Shown piece by piece: positions 12,835-25,480 of a DNA stretch of 64,000 bases. A model generated the notes under the pieces. That model worked only from the letters and a program-made list of their open reading frames with translations. It was not told the DNA's origin and did not search any database. The stretch is taken from NCBI GenBank assembly GCA_030704615.1, contig CM060732.1, positions 68,262,001-68,326,000 of the forward strand. The letters are read 5' to 3'. The position numbers and the translations under genes were made by a program. This DNA is from Takakia lepidozioides. Lineage: Eukaryota > Plantae > Bryophyta. The stretch's first letter is position 1. Each line of letters opens with the position of its first letter.

Positions 12835-15800
12835 ATGGAGTATGTCGAAATGCCAACACCGCCGAAGGCGATGCCAATGTTGGAGAAGCTTTTGTCAAAT
12901 GAAGCTCTGGCAAGAATGACGGGTGCATCGTACACTGCAGCAGGGGCAGCTGCAGGAGGGTATCGGACTATGCCACTGCCAGTCTTCTCACATGTGAAAC
13001 CAGCATCTCCTCCTATCTTGTCTATGGCTCAGCCAGGTGAGTTAAAGCATTCGTCTCAAATTATTTTTGACTTGTGTGTCAATTTCTTGCCAAACTTAAT
13101 TGTGCATCAGATTGTATGAGGGTGGACATCGGTACGTCTTCTTCTTAAGGGTCACGGATGAACCGTCACATTTAGAGTGCCCGTGATTCCTGAAATTCTG
13201 AGTCTGAAGATATGAGTCTGGAGCTGGTAGAATTACTTGCAAATAGCTGAAGTAATGCACTAAGTGTACTTGTTTCATATAAGGAGAGTGTGATGTTACG
13301 GTGTGGCATGGACACTCTGGGCTTAGGGAGGGTGCATCGATTGTCTGCTATTCCATCTGCCTCTCTGAACCTCTCTCTTGCATCCACTCTCGCACTGGTT
13401 TGGTTCTATTGACTTAGGATGTCTGTGCCATGTCAGTTCTTTCTTGTTCTGAGAATGGTCCCCTACAGATAGTTATAGCGAGGTGTTTTATGATTCCAGG
13501 TGCTTCTGGAATTCCAGCATCAGAGCTGTCAAGAAGAGGGGGAATGCCAGCCTTTGCCCCAACAACAGCTGGGTCTTTGAGTGGACCGCTTTCCCATACA
13601 CGGTCAGAGGGCGTACTTGGTGTTATGCAACTTCAAAAAGCTGCCATGGAGGCAAGATCCTTGCCTGTGGATGGTCGGAGTGAACAGAAAGGGAGGAAGA
13701 ACACCCGAGAAGGGGGGGGGAGAGGGAGTAGAGGAGGGGGAGCTAGTAGGAAAAGAAGCAGGGTGGGGTTGGCGGTTGATCCCTCTGGTGCTGGAGGTGA
13801 TGGAGCAGATGGTGGGTTTGGGCCCGGAGCTCCGGCCACTGCTAGAGTGCCAAGTGGCACTTGCCATCGTGCAGCCAATGGGGGTGTGTTTATTTCTTAT
13901 TCACTGCTTATAAAGTTCTTTATTGAGTATTTGTTACACACCCATGTAATGAAGACCAATGCTGTGACTTGTGAACACTTTGTGTTCTCCGTCATCTCTT
14001 GGTTGATTGCAAGAATTCTTTTTTTCCTCTTAGGATTGGTACATAACTGTGAGCACAGGATGTTTCATGGAAGTCCATGTTGGAGCTTTGAAGTAATGAA
14101 CCCTGTGATTGATAGTCACTCTAATCTCTTGAAAATTGCCAAACTGAGGCATATGATTAAAGTAGAGTCGCGATTAAAGTGTTGTTTCTCACTTGTGTTT
14201 GTTTTGCAGAAAAAGCTGAGAAGACGGTACCCCGAAAACAGACAGGGCAATCTGCAAAGAGGGGTGAAAAAAAGGCATCTCAGGCTGCTGCTGGGCTAGC
14301 AAATGATACACTGCTAACTAGGAGCTGCACAGGGAATGGCCCCCCTCCTGGGAGTACTGGAATCCTTGGTATGTGGCAAGCTCACCACTCTCGCATTCCA
14401 GTAATGTGTGGAGAGAGAGAGAGACGATAGACAGTTGGAGGGAGAAGCAGGAGAGGTAGAGACTTATGATGGAAAAAGTGGATTAGTTAGTTTTGTTGTT
14501 TCCTGATACAATGAGAGTTATTGAAGAAACATGTGGCTGATGGGCTTCTAGTATTTTCTTCTCATATTTGCAGACATATACTGCCTAAAGACAAAGCCCA
14601 TTGACTTGTCACGGTTTATGGAGGACATCCCCTTGAATGATCTGCTTACCGGGAACTACAAGCTGCCCCCAGTCCAAGCCAAAGGCCCTGACCCGAGGGA
14701 GCAAGCTGAGGTGAAACTGGATCAACTAATCACTGGGATTCTTCAATTTATGCCAAAGAGGCCATGTGGATCACAGGTCCCAATTGTCGCAAATACAAGT
14801 AAGAAGTGCGGGCGGAGAATGCTTGATCTGGAGGCTCTGTTGCAAGCAGAAGAGGATGATGGCTCAGGAATGCCAGATGGTAAATTTGACAGAGAGAAGG
14901 GAGGTGATAAGCTGCAACTGGCTGCCGAGAATGAGGTGATTTGTGTGTTTGAATTGGCCCCCCTATATCTCATCTTTTCATTTTTCATTCAAGGATTGTT
15001 GAAGCAGTACACTAGACTAATGCTTTTCTTCATGTTGTTAGGGTGCTGGTGACAAGGAAGCACGGGCTGGTTTAAAGCTATTAGATAAAGCAAATGGATC
15101 ATCTTCACAATCATTATCCAAGTTCTCTGTGGATGACCTCCCAATGCACTCACTGCAAGAATTTATGAGCCGACTGCAGCTTCCACCAAGCGAGCCATTG
15201 GAGGTTCTGGTAGCTAAGGCAGGAGTAGTGGAGGACACTACACACGGATTAGTAGAACGCCCGGGAATGTCCTCTGTACCCTCAAGCCGCTCGTACTATT
15301 GGAATCGCAGCATTCCTCCCCTCCCCTTTTCGCTACCTCCAGTTGGGCCTGTGAAGTCCGAGTTTGATCATGAGAAAGGATTGAAGAACGGAAAGATTAG
15401 TCAAAGGAGGTGGGCGACAACTGACGTTAGCAAGGGGTCCAAGGGATTGGCAGACAGTGTCTGCTGCCAGAAAGAGGATCCTGAGGCAAAGGGGGGCGAC
15501 AGTGTCTCTATGGAAGAGAGAAGCTCAAATGGTCGACATAGTAGGAGATGTGAGGAAACAGACAAGTCAAAGATGCAATACCCAATGCAGATATGTTCCC
15601 CTGCCCTTCCTCAGACATCATCCCCATTCCAACCGTCAGGTGGACTTGGACCTCCAGCAGGGATTGTGGCTGCTACAGTAGCATCATCAGGTTTAGTGAA
15701 GGAAGAACCACGACAAGTACAGAATGCCATAGGCCTTAGCTCTTCTGGATGCCCATCAGATGCCATGGAAATTGATTCTCACAGAGAGGACACAGGGGCT

Positions 15801-17845
15801 GCAACTCCATGTGTGGAGGACAAACCTGAGAAACAAGGTGGAGCAAGTAGGTCATCTGTTAGCCCTGATGGTAGACAGCAACCAGGTTCCACCAATGCTA
15901 TGCAGTCGATGGACATGCAATTGTCAAATCCAGGCAAGGAGGCAATTGACACTCAGAATAGTAGACCAACGCCCATATTAGGGCCAGCAGGGGAGAGGGT
16001 GGGGGAAGCGGATAGAAAGGAGTTGGCAGAGGGTGCAGGACTTGCCGGCCCTGGTGTGAAATCAGGGTTTCCAGTCCTTGAAATTAAGGTGCAGGAGAAT
16101 GGCCAATGCTCCTCTCCTCGGAATGATCTGCCAACAAGTTTACCAGGTGGGTTGGTCTATCTTGCAATTTTTAGAGTCACGATCCCCTGTCCCATGTCAG
16201 CTCCTATCAGAAACATGATACTGGAGATTCTGATCAGTTTTAAGAATTTGAGAGGCTAGGGGGTATGAAAGAGTGTTGCGAACTGTTCTGGAAAATGTGT
16301 GGCTGAAACTTGGCTTGCCAGCAACTCATTCTTCCGTGTGATAGTCTAGAGGGTCTACAGGGTCTACACTGACAAAGAGAACACCAGCAAAAACCATGGA
16401 TGACAATTTTTTTGGTGAAAGTATGTCTATAGGCTTGTGGGCGTAGTGTTGGGTGTGAGACACAGAGACTGTCAGAGATGAATTCACGGAATTCAATTGA
16501 CTGGGTTGTGACCATAAACCTCTGCCTGGTTTGTACAGAACAGAAAAGGTTGGGTGGAGGGCACGCTACATCTTGCCAATCTCTGTTGACGTAAATTATT
16601 GCTTGAACGTACTGCTTTCCAGGATTTCAACTTAATGTTGACATAGTAACTCATTGAACCCTAGCTCCTATGGAGGCTCCCCATGTGATTGATACTGGTT
16701 GATAGTCCCTCATGAAAGCTCAGAAACTGGACATGCTATCAAACAAATAAAGTACACTGGATTTAAAGGTCTTTGGAGCATGTTCAATCTGTCAGGTTGG
16801 GGTGCATCCAAGATTTTTACAGTCCATTATTAGTTCGCCACTATGATCAGAACCTGTCAATGCGTAGTACGTTTTCTTGGATGTTGATGAATGGTTTCGT
16901 AAACTCCTTGTGTTCAGACATTGGGAATGCAACATAAGTTGAATACCATCAGCTTTTGATTCTATGTGATGTTACTGTGTCACAGCGATGCCGTGCTCTC
17001 CAGGAGCCGAAGAGGCTGCTCATCTGTTATGCGTCTTGGCGAATTCCGTACCACCAGTAGATTTGTTAAATCCCGAGGGTGATCGGGATAGACGGCGGCG
17101 CACGTTCCACCCTTATGGTGGGGCACCTACTCAGAGGGCATCGAAAGCGGCTAAGAACGGAACTTCAGGGACTGGAACAGCAGACCCCAATGGAGCAGCA
17201 GGGATGAAAGGAGGGGGTAGCAAAGAGACAGGATCGGTGGTGCCAGCCAAAGTCCTTGTTAGTGAGAGACGGAAAAGTCTCAACCAATTCAATGACACAT
17301 GTGTGGCCGGCGAAAAATCTGCTACACCAATCACATCTGCCCGGGGGGGGCCATCTCGGGTGGCTGGTGGGGCAGCTGTGGGTCCTCGCTCAAACCATAC
17401 CTCCCATCGGACTGAGAAAGGGGGTGTTAGAGAGATCGGTGGAAGAGAAGGCTCGGGTAACCGTTCATGCAGGTCACTGTCGCCTGCTGGCGGTGCTACC
17501 CAGCTAAAAGCTTTGAATTCTGCTGGATCCAGCGGTATGAAGGGGGGCCCCGCAGGTGCTAAAAACATCCTGTTCTCTTCTGCAACGCAAGGAAGAGGAG
17601 CGGTCACTGGATTTTCAAAGATTCCAGCAGCAGGCAACTCACAGCGAGTGATGGCTGGAGTCGGAGCCAAAACTACCCGACCACATTCAAATGGAGCTGT
17701 GATTTCTGTCTCTTCAGGGGTTGGGCTACCTGCTGTGGTACCTGGAAAATCATTTAGGCCAAGTGTGGGGGCCAATGGGGAAGCTAGACAAAGAACATCC
17801 AAGACAGAGATAGGCTCAGTTCGGGGGAAATCCACAAGAGACTAG
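12835..17845 (+). CDS. Uncharacterised plant protein, ~1023 aa, resembling the Arabidopsis AT1G64050 family. Exons 12835-13036, 13500-13883, 14210-14368, 14574-14935, 15042-16146, 16986-17845
   Basis: All junctions are GT-AG and phase-compatible, total 3072 nt. Motif blocks GILDIYCLK..FMEDIPLNDLLTGNYKLP, LPMHSLQEFMSRLQLPPSEPLE, SIPPLPFS..QRRW and SPGAEEAAHLLCVLA match my recollection of this family. The gene model is firmer than the family call. Confidence 0.75.
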
Positions 17846-18699
17846 GGTAAGATTTCCCATATGTTCAAAACTGAAACCCCCCACATGTGATTGATAGAGT
17901 TTCTAGTGTCAATCCTTCATTCTTTACAACACACTTTCTTTGCCCTTGTTAGGATACATATATGGCATAGGGCAAAGATTTTCAAAGAATTACAAATTAC
18001 GGGCCAGAGGCTATTTCCAGCGAAGTCACACCTACAGAGGTGTGCAAGAGTGAGTACTGCTATAGTTTGTCACTCATCTGTAAGATTACTGCTCAGGGGT
18101 GTGCAGCGCGCCCCCTCTGCTCTTTTCATCTGCTCGTTTTAAAAGCAGTGGAAGGAAAACGCTGCTGATTTTGAATAAGACACCCAATTGTTTACACAGT
18201 GAACTGCATAATGTCAATACTCAATAGTTGTCTGGCATTGGTTGGTAGGCAATTGGACTGTGATCAAGTTTTATTATAGCACTGAAATCCTTTAACATTT
18301 TGAGAACAGACTTACTACTAGCAGTGAAACTGTTCTAGAATTTTGCAGATACTGGCACTGTAGGAAGCATAATTCTCCCTTCATTAGAGTTGCCAGACAA
18401 CATCTGTTGGTTCGAGCTTCTGAGATCAAGTGGATATAGCAAAGACTCCATACTAGACAGATGCATACAGTGGCAAGTTGAGTCCTGCCACTACATGCAG
18501 ATCCCTGCACTGCTAGCTCTCTTTCCAAATTGTTCTATTGGTAAATAATCATCTCTGCCTGTTGGGAAATATGTAGAGAACTCCACCACAGGTTGCAGGC
18601 TGGAGATGAACCTTTGTCAAAACCAACACTTCAATCCTTCTTGTTCCCTTAGTATTCCCTTATATGTCTGCTGGAACTTTTTGCCTTGGAGATTACCCT

Positions 18700-19830
18700 T
18701 CTGAAGTATGGACTACCAAATGACCACTTCCATTTCCAATAAGCTTTGCCTCATGTCGAATTAACTTTGCCTCACAATAAACTTTGCCTTGCTAATGGAG
18801 CATGATCTTATGAGACTTGGTTTAGCGATGCATGATATAATGGTCTGATGCACACTTGGAAAGCCAAATGACCACTTTAATTTCCGATAAACTTGGCCTC
18901 GATTCCAGTAAACTTGCCTCATTTCCAGCAAACAGTGGCTCACTAATGGAGCACAATTTAATGAGACTTGATTTAGTGATTCTTGGAAGGCCAACAACCG
19001 CTCTCTCTAGCAATAAACTTTGCCTCTCTTTCAATAAATGGATGATTCAGTGGGACATGATTGATGGTCAAACGGTAAACTGCGCTCTTAGAAGACTAAA
19101 TGTCCACTTCCAATATATCGGTTCACTCAAAAAACCTTAGATCTCTTAATGATTCTTTAAAAGATGCTTGTGATGTCTAAACAATCATACTAGTGGAACC
19201 GAAACATGAATTAATGAAGCATGATTTGTTGGTCAAACGACAGCCTTGGAAGACCAAATGCTCATTTCCAATACATCATGCTTCATTAAACGATTCTTAA
19301 ATCCTCTAAAATTCCCTTAAAACGTGCTTGTGTTTAACAACCAGTCAAACTAGTGGAGCAAAGACATTTGTAGATCCTCTAAAGATCCTTTTGCTCAATA
19401 CACAATCACACTAATGAAGCTAAACATTGTTAATTGTTTTTAAAATATGCTTTTATTCAATAATTGTTTTCATTCACATTAATGGAACTGAGACATTTTC
19501 AGATCCTCTAAAGATCTGTTAAGAGATTCTTTTGTTCAGTACACCATCATAGTAGTGCAACTGAGAAATTCCCAGATCCTTTAAAGATCCTTTAAAAAAA
19601 TTCTTTTGTTCAGTACACAATCACGTCTAGTGCAACGAAGACATTCCCAGATCTTCTAAAGATTTTTTAAAAGTATGCTTTTATTTTGTACAATCGCATT
19701 AATGGACTGAGCTGAGACATTCTTAGATCATCTAGAGATCCTTCAAAAATGTTTGTGCTTCGTAGCTCGTCACACTACTCAAGCAAAGATATTCCTAGAT
19801 TTATAAAGATCCTTCAAAGGATGTTTGTAT
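18700..19830. repeat. Degenerate tandem-repeat tract with a ~73-75-bp unit in its right half
   Basis: Recurrent cac(a)ctaatgga..gagacatt..cagatcct.taaagatc..tttt.ttca.tacacaat; agatc anchors at ~19501, 19574, 19649 and 19725. The left part repeats aaactttgcctc, ctaatggagca and atgagacttg. Confidence 0.85.
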
Positions 19831-19975
19831 TACTCGTATTGTTTAAAGAAAAATCAGAAACATGCTTAGCTTTGTCTGTCTACTCAACTGTCACTCTGAG
19901 TCGGATACAAGCCACCTTTGTGCAGGACCTGCGTTGGACCCGTTAAAGTAGTAACACCTAAATGTGTGCGTTTAA

Positions 19976-20578
19976 CCCTTAAACGCCCATCGAGCCCAAA
20001 AATGGGCGTTTGTCCTCTTTGAAGGTTAATATCTTTTTGAGATTTTGGCGAAATTTTGTGAAATCTGTGTCGTTGAGAGGCCCCAGAAGCTGGCCACCTG
20101 CTGCCATTTACCGATTGAGCAGATCATGTGTGGTTGCAAAGTTTAGGATTTTCAAGTGCGAGAGGGTCTGCTGGGCCCCTCCCGCCACTCTCGCATGCTG
20201 GCCCCCAGCGGGCTGCTGACACCTGCACAATAGTTGAAAAGAAAATACTACCCCCCAGACTATGGACTGAGAGCAGATTCAGCTCAAATGAATCTCATCC
20301 CGTCGCTCAATTTCCAGATTTACCAATTACAATTTCATTTTTCCTATTTTTCAACTAGACTGTTCTCAAATGAAGGGTTTTTGCCCTTTCATGTAAAACC
20401 AATTTTTCTTCGTAGCTACCATTTTGACATTACTTAATTACATATTTTTTAAATATCAATAAATCTATCTGTCAAATATTATTTTTTCATCAAAATTAAA
20501 AATAATTATTAGAAAATCTGAATTAAATTTCATCGTATACTCCAAGCCCTAATGGTTTGAAGGTGCATATGTGAAGGG
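19976..20578. mobile_element. Possible TTAA-flanked piggyBac-like non-autonomous element, or two juxtaposed ends
   Basis: TTAA(19972-19975)-CCCTTAAACG at left and GTGAAGGG-TTAA(20579-20582) at right. The left end matches the termini of the 30746-32016 element; the right end matches only over CCCTT. Confidence 0.4.
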
Positions 20579-21388
20579 TTAATCAAGTTTTGTTTTCAGT
20601 TTGTTTTAGCATGCCTTATTATTTAATTCATCCCTAGGTAAGTAATATCGCTACAATAGTCAGGTTAACCAAAAACCACAAAGCCGATTTTTGAAACATC
20701 ATATTTGAGATAATTAATCCAAGATGTAATAATGTGAGAAGTTATTTTGTTTTTCAAAATGAATCTAATGTCAGCTTGGTAAGATCACTCTTTCAAATGT
20801 TAGGAGTTTTAAAACGCGCTCGTTGATCCATTTCATTTACAAAACTTATCTCAACATTGCTTTCAGTATTTTACTGAATCCTAAAAATAACTTTATTGAC
20901 TGTCATATAGTGACATCTAGTTCCATCCATAATAAATTTTGTTAAATCATAAGATTATGCACATATGTTATTTTACAAAAAATATATCTTCTTTCGTTCG
21001 TGAATTCTTTCTTGAACAACCAAGGAGGACCTACTATTATTTAGGGAAGTTACATAAAGATCAAATGAATTTTGCTTTACTACATAATGACATCCTACAA
21101 GGAAAAGCCAATAAAATCATATATTGGATTCAGATGTACATACTTGTTGAAATGCATTAAACTTGGTCTTGAAAGAAAAGAGGTTCGAAGAGCTTTCCAA
21201 TGGCTTAAGCTAGCTAATTTTCTCTAATTTTCTTAAACAAACTTGCGAACAAGCTAATCATAAGAGAAACAGCTTCTAGTCAAGTTTACTTGTTCGCTTC
21301 TTCTTTCATCTATTCCTTCCTTCTCTTTCTTTACAAAGACTGTTATTTACAAGTTATATGTTAAGCGGTCATACTCCCTCCTTTTCTA

Positions 21389-21700
21389 AAGCCTCTCATT
21401 TTTTAATATTAGGGCCTTGAATGCACCTATGGGCCCCACCAATACGGCCCATGGGGTGAGCTCATAAGCCCACCGCCCATTTACCAGGTCAGCCAAATTC
21501 TGAAATTTTTCTAAGTCCTTGTTCATCTGCCGCGGTGGACCTTCTAGCGGACAGGCAGACCCTCCAGCAGACCGACGAGCGGACTTGGCACACCCTCCTC
21601 CAGACTGGGCACACACCTCCGGGACCCCTCTGCCACACGCGGCCCGCTGCAGCCACACGCGTAGGCATTCAAGACCCTAATATTGTTCAATGAGAAGCTT
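21389..21700. mobile_element. Foldback/MITE-like element with ~36-bp imperfect inverted repeats and a GC-rich core
   Basis: aagcctctcattttttaatattagggccttgaatgc (21389-21424) is the reverse complement, with ~6 mismatches, of gcattcaagaccctaatattgttcaatgagaagctt (21665-21700). Confidence 0.65.
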
Positions 21701-22329
21701 ATCTAAATAGCCCTCAATCAATGTTGTTTTCCTCAAGACAAGGTTAAATTAGCTACCAGGCTGGTTTGGTCGAACAACCATATCTAACATCGGGACCATG
21801 ATACACCTCACTTAATAGCTAGGTGAAACTGCTAGCTGCATGAACATGTGAGCCTACCAACATGAATAGGTGAGTCTACTTCTAACCACAAAAAAAACTA
21901 CTCGTGACTACAAAAATTAAGAAACAACTTGGGATGGGTTCATTGAGCATTGCTTAAATTATGATTGGAGTTTTGCTACTTGCATCTTTTATACAAGATA
22001 AGGTCCGCCTTTTTTATGTCGTATGGAATTGGTGGTGTACGTTTCTAGCGTGGAGCTGGACTTGCTTAATTTGTCTCATGGATGCACCTGAGTTCTTATG
22101 GTCACTAGTCTGGACACAAAATTCTTTCTCTCTGGAACTTATGGACAAGTAGTTGTAAGCATACCTAACCCTTGAATACTAGATCCGTGGCTCAGGTTGC
22201 TTTGCATACGATTTTTTTTAAATTGCTTGTTGAAAGAGATAAAACATGGGATGTCAGTATACTCCACATATATTCTTTATTAGAATCTGATGTTTTGAAA
22301 CAAATAAATATCAATTATTCTTCGTGATT

Positions 22330-22851
22330 TCAACTCCTCATAGGGCCAGTCAAACAGCCTATGCACCCAAGGAATGAAGCTGAGTCCGAGGGTGTGTGCT
22401 CATTGTCTGCCGACATTTGCACACTCCTAGTGACGGACGACTTCGATACATACGATAGAAGGACCATACAGTCTTCATCGTCACTGGATAAGTTGTGGAC
22501 GACTGTTTCCCTGGAAAGTGCACCCACTAACGAGCTATGGAGCGGCAAATCCTCAGTTTCCCTTTTCACATGTTTGGGCTTCTCCGCTTGTGAAAAGATG
22601 CCCACATCCCTCATGGCAGACTTCACATCTTGCACGCCAGACCCTCTTGTGGAAGGAGGATCAACCAAGTTCCAGCGTGGGAACTCTTTAGGCACGATTT
22701 CACCAATTGCACTGTACAGGATGGATTCAGAAGCTGGGAGCCGCCACTCTTTGCCCTTTCCGAAATCTGCATGCAGAATGACAGCACTTTCCAGAAAATT
22801 CCCATAAGCATCCTTTGTCTCCTCTTCAAAAAAAGGACGGAAATCTCCTGC
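22330..22851 (-). pseudogene. Isolated exon-like open frame (~173 codons), possibly a remnant of a DNA-transposon accessory gene
   Basis: AG acceptor at 22853-22852, then the open frame AGDFRPFFEEETKDAYGNFLESAVILHADFGKGKEWRLPASESILYSAIGEIVPKEFPRWNLV...; a GC-richer island in AT-rich flanks; no other exons identified. Confidence 0.35.
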
Positions 22852-24187
22852 CTAGCCCAGTGACGATGAAATATACTCGAGGCATGATTATAAAAATAAG
22901 AACTTGAAATTAAAAACGTATTTGAATTTGAGCGCCTTCATATGAAACGTTGGGTGGTTTTCCTCCCTTTGTCCTATGTCTTGCGTTGTTTTTTAGGTTT
23001 GCAGCAGAATTTAACAGTAGCTACCATTGCTTCTGGCTTTTTAAGCACCCTCTCAGTAATGTGGAATATGGATTCTATATATCTGTTCTAAATAGTTTGG
23101 TTACCATGCGCGATAGCTTTAATCAGTCTCCAAGTGTGGACTTTAAGAGGATCTCTTCGTCATGTATGCTTCAATATGACGCTCACAAGGTTGTGTTTTT
23201 TCTTGCTTAATACATTGTCCATATATGTATATATATTATAATTTATTTGGATATTATTCAATTAAGTTTTATTCAAATATAGTTTGAGTAAAGAAAAATA
23301 AAATAAAATAATTGCAATCTATAACTATAAGGGTATAGGAGGGGTATCAATAACATAAAATTGTGGATTTATAGCAGTAGGGTATCCATATTTGTTTTTC
23401 CATCTCATATGAGGGAATATGAATATTGTCCGGGTAGGTATATGGAATATTCAATATATTCAAGAAAATATTCAATAACCTGAAAAAATAAAAATAAAAA
23501 ATTGGCCTTCACAGTGGATCACAATTCAACACATACAAATCCAGAGTTGAGCTCACACACATTGAGTATAAAAAAGATGCCATAAAATGCTATGCTCATA
23601 TAATATAATGGACTGCCATATGACTCAAAATGCCTTTCTTTGCATGATCCCCCACCACGCCCATCATTGAAGCAGCCCCCCATGAATTCCCTAACTCCAT
23701 ACATACACGTACGTTTGGAGGCTCACATCGCAGCACCAATACTGGTATTAACAGTAATCTCGTCCATCGCAATACCAGACATGTATGGTATACACCGCAC
23801 TATGGAGCGAGGTGTATCCCACGCCGGTCACGTTGGACCTATATACTGCTCCGCTATAAAACTCCTCCACTACAAATAATTACTGATATTCTCTCTATAT
23901 GTTAGTCTCCGGGATGTTCCCCTTGTCTCATCCCTTCACGGCCCTGAGGTTATTTTTTCCTCTTGTATCTCCTTTTCCTATTAATATATCTCCAGGGAGA
24001 TACCCCCTGTTCTTTATTTATTTTATAAAAACAATTACTGATATTAGTGTAGATATTTTAGTGTATATGATCCAAAAGTGATTAGAAAGTTTATGATTGA
24101 GAATTCGGGCAATGGCCTGGATTTAATCTTTCAGAACTTTTTTGATGGTGGATGCTTCATGGCCGAGGAAGGATTTAATGGATCAAC

Positions 24188-24339
24188 TAGGGTAGCATGT
24201 GCAGTTGGCCCAAGTGTAGAGTGTCATCTAAGTCCAAGTGCAATCCCCTATGTATCAAAGTGCCTTTCTTATGTGGAGGCCCAAATGCAACCTCTAGGGT
24301 AGCCTTTGCCGTTGGCCCAAGTGTCCAATGTCATCTAAG
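24188..24339. repeat. Two direct copies of a ~45-bp motif
   Basis: ctagggtagc.t.tgc.gttggcccaagtgt..a.tgtcatctaagt at ~24188 and ~24295. Confidence 0.8.
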
Positions 24340-25480
24340 TAAGTTTTTTCCCACAGAGCCTACGACCAGATATGAGCCGGAGACCTTCCCCTTGATATCT
24401 CTCCCATCCAGGCTCCAACCATTGTCCAAGGAATGCCCACTTTTGCTATTTTTTGTGAATTTCCAACGACCAAAAGTACTTGGAATTCCACATCTCCCTC
24501 AACCCTGGTCTAAAAATCATGAGACCAAGCATCCAGGGCTTTCCAACGGCACCAAGCACCCGTGTTTGGGCCCGCGGTTTGGGAGATCTCAATGACTTTA
24601 CAAAACAAAACAAACCAAACGTCTAGATTCATATATTGGTGTTTGGTAGCATTGGACTCACGCAAAGGAATGAAATAATCCAGGATGATGCATTCCATTG
24701 AGGTTGGTATCCTTCAATATAATTGACATGAAATCAAGTGGCAGGGCATTATATTCAACATTTACGATATCGTCCATTCTCCATGCAAGTACTTCCTGGC
24801 TAGGAGACTTCATTCATTCATGGGCGGATGATTACAGTGATCACATCAATGGGGATGAGGTAAGAGTTTTCAACATTCGTCCAATGGTCATGGTTCAGAA
24901 TGGATGAAATAGTGGCCAGAAAAGGTGGGGGTGGGTGGGCATGGCTGCTACTGGCGGGAATGTGCATCTTGGCTGCGAGAGCACAATCTGCCACTCTATA
25001 TATTGTACTCGCTCATCTCCCACTGCACTCGATCCAGTTTGCAAAAGATTATGATCCTTTTCTGGGAGAGCTAGCCATCACGGTTCTTGTAACTAGTAGA
25101 CTGGGGAGGAGAGGCGGTGTTGGGTGCCCAGAGTGAGAGTGAGAGAGAGACTGAGTTGGATCCCTTCCATACAACATTTCCATTCCAAGAAAAAAATTAC
25201 GACTGATATGCATCCTTTCTGGAGTACTGTGTGTCTGTGAGATTCGTCTGAAGAGAGAGTATAGAGAGCTTGGGAATTAGTGCAAGCTTATCTGCTTCAG
25301 GAATCGGTGGCGGCAATGCGGGCCGACCCCTGCTAAGAAGTGATTGTCGACGATTCCTGAGCTGTGGAAGCCAGTTTCCAGCCCCACCTAATTTTTGGGT
25401 CTGGTCGGGCTGCATGTCCTTTTTGACCTGATCATCTAGAAGTCGTATCAGCCTTAAGGCAACGCCAACAGGGTCCCGCG

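Noticed and set aside
17131-17835. 234-aa antisense ORF (likewise 33947-34771 and similar)
   Set aside because: Shadow ORFs opposite real GC-rich exons
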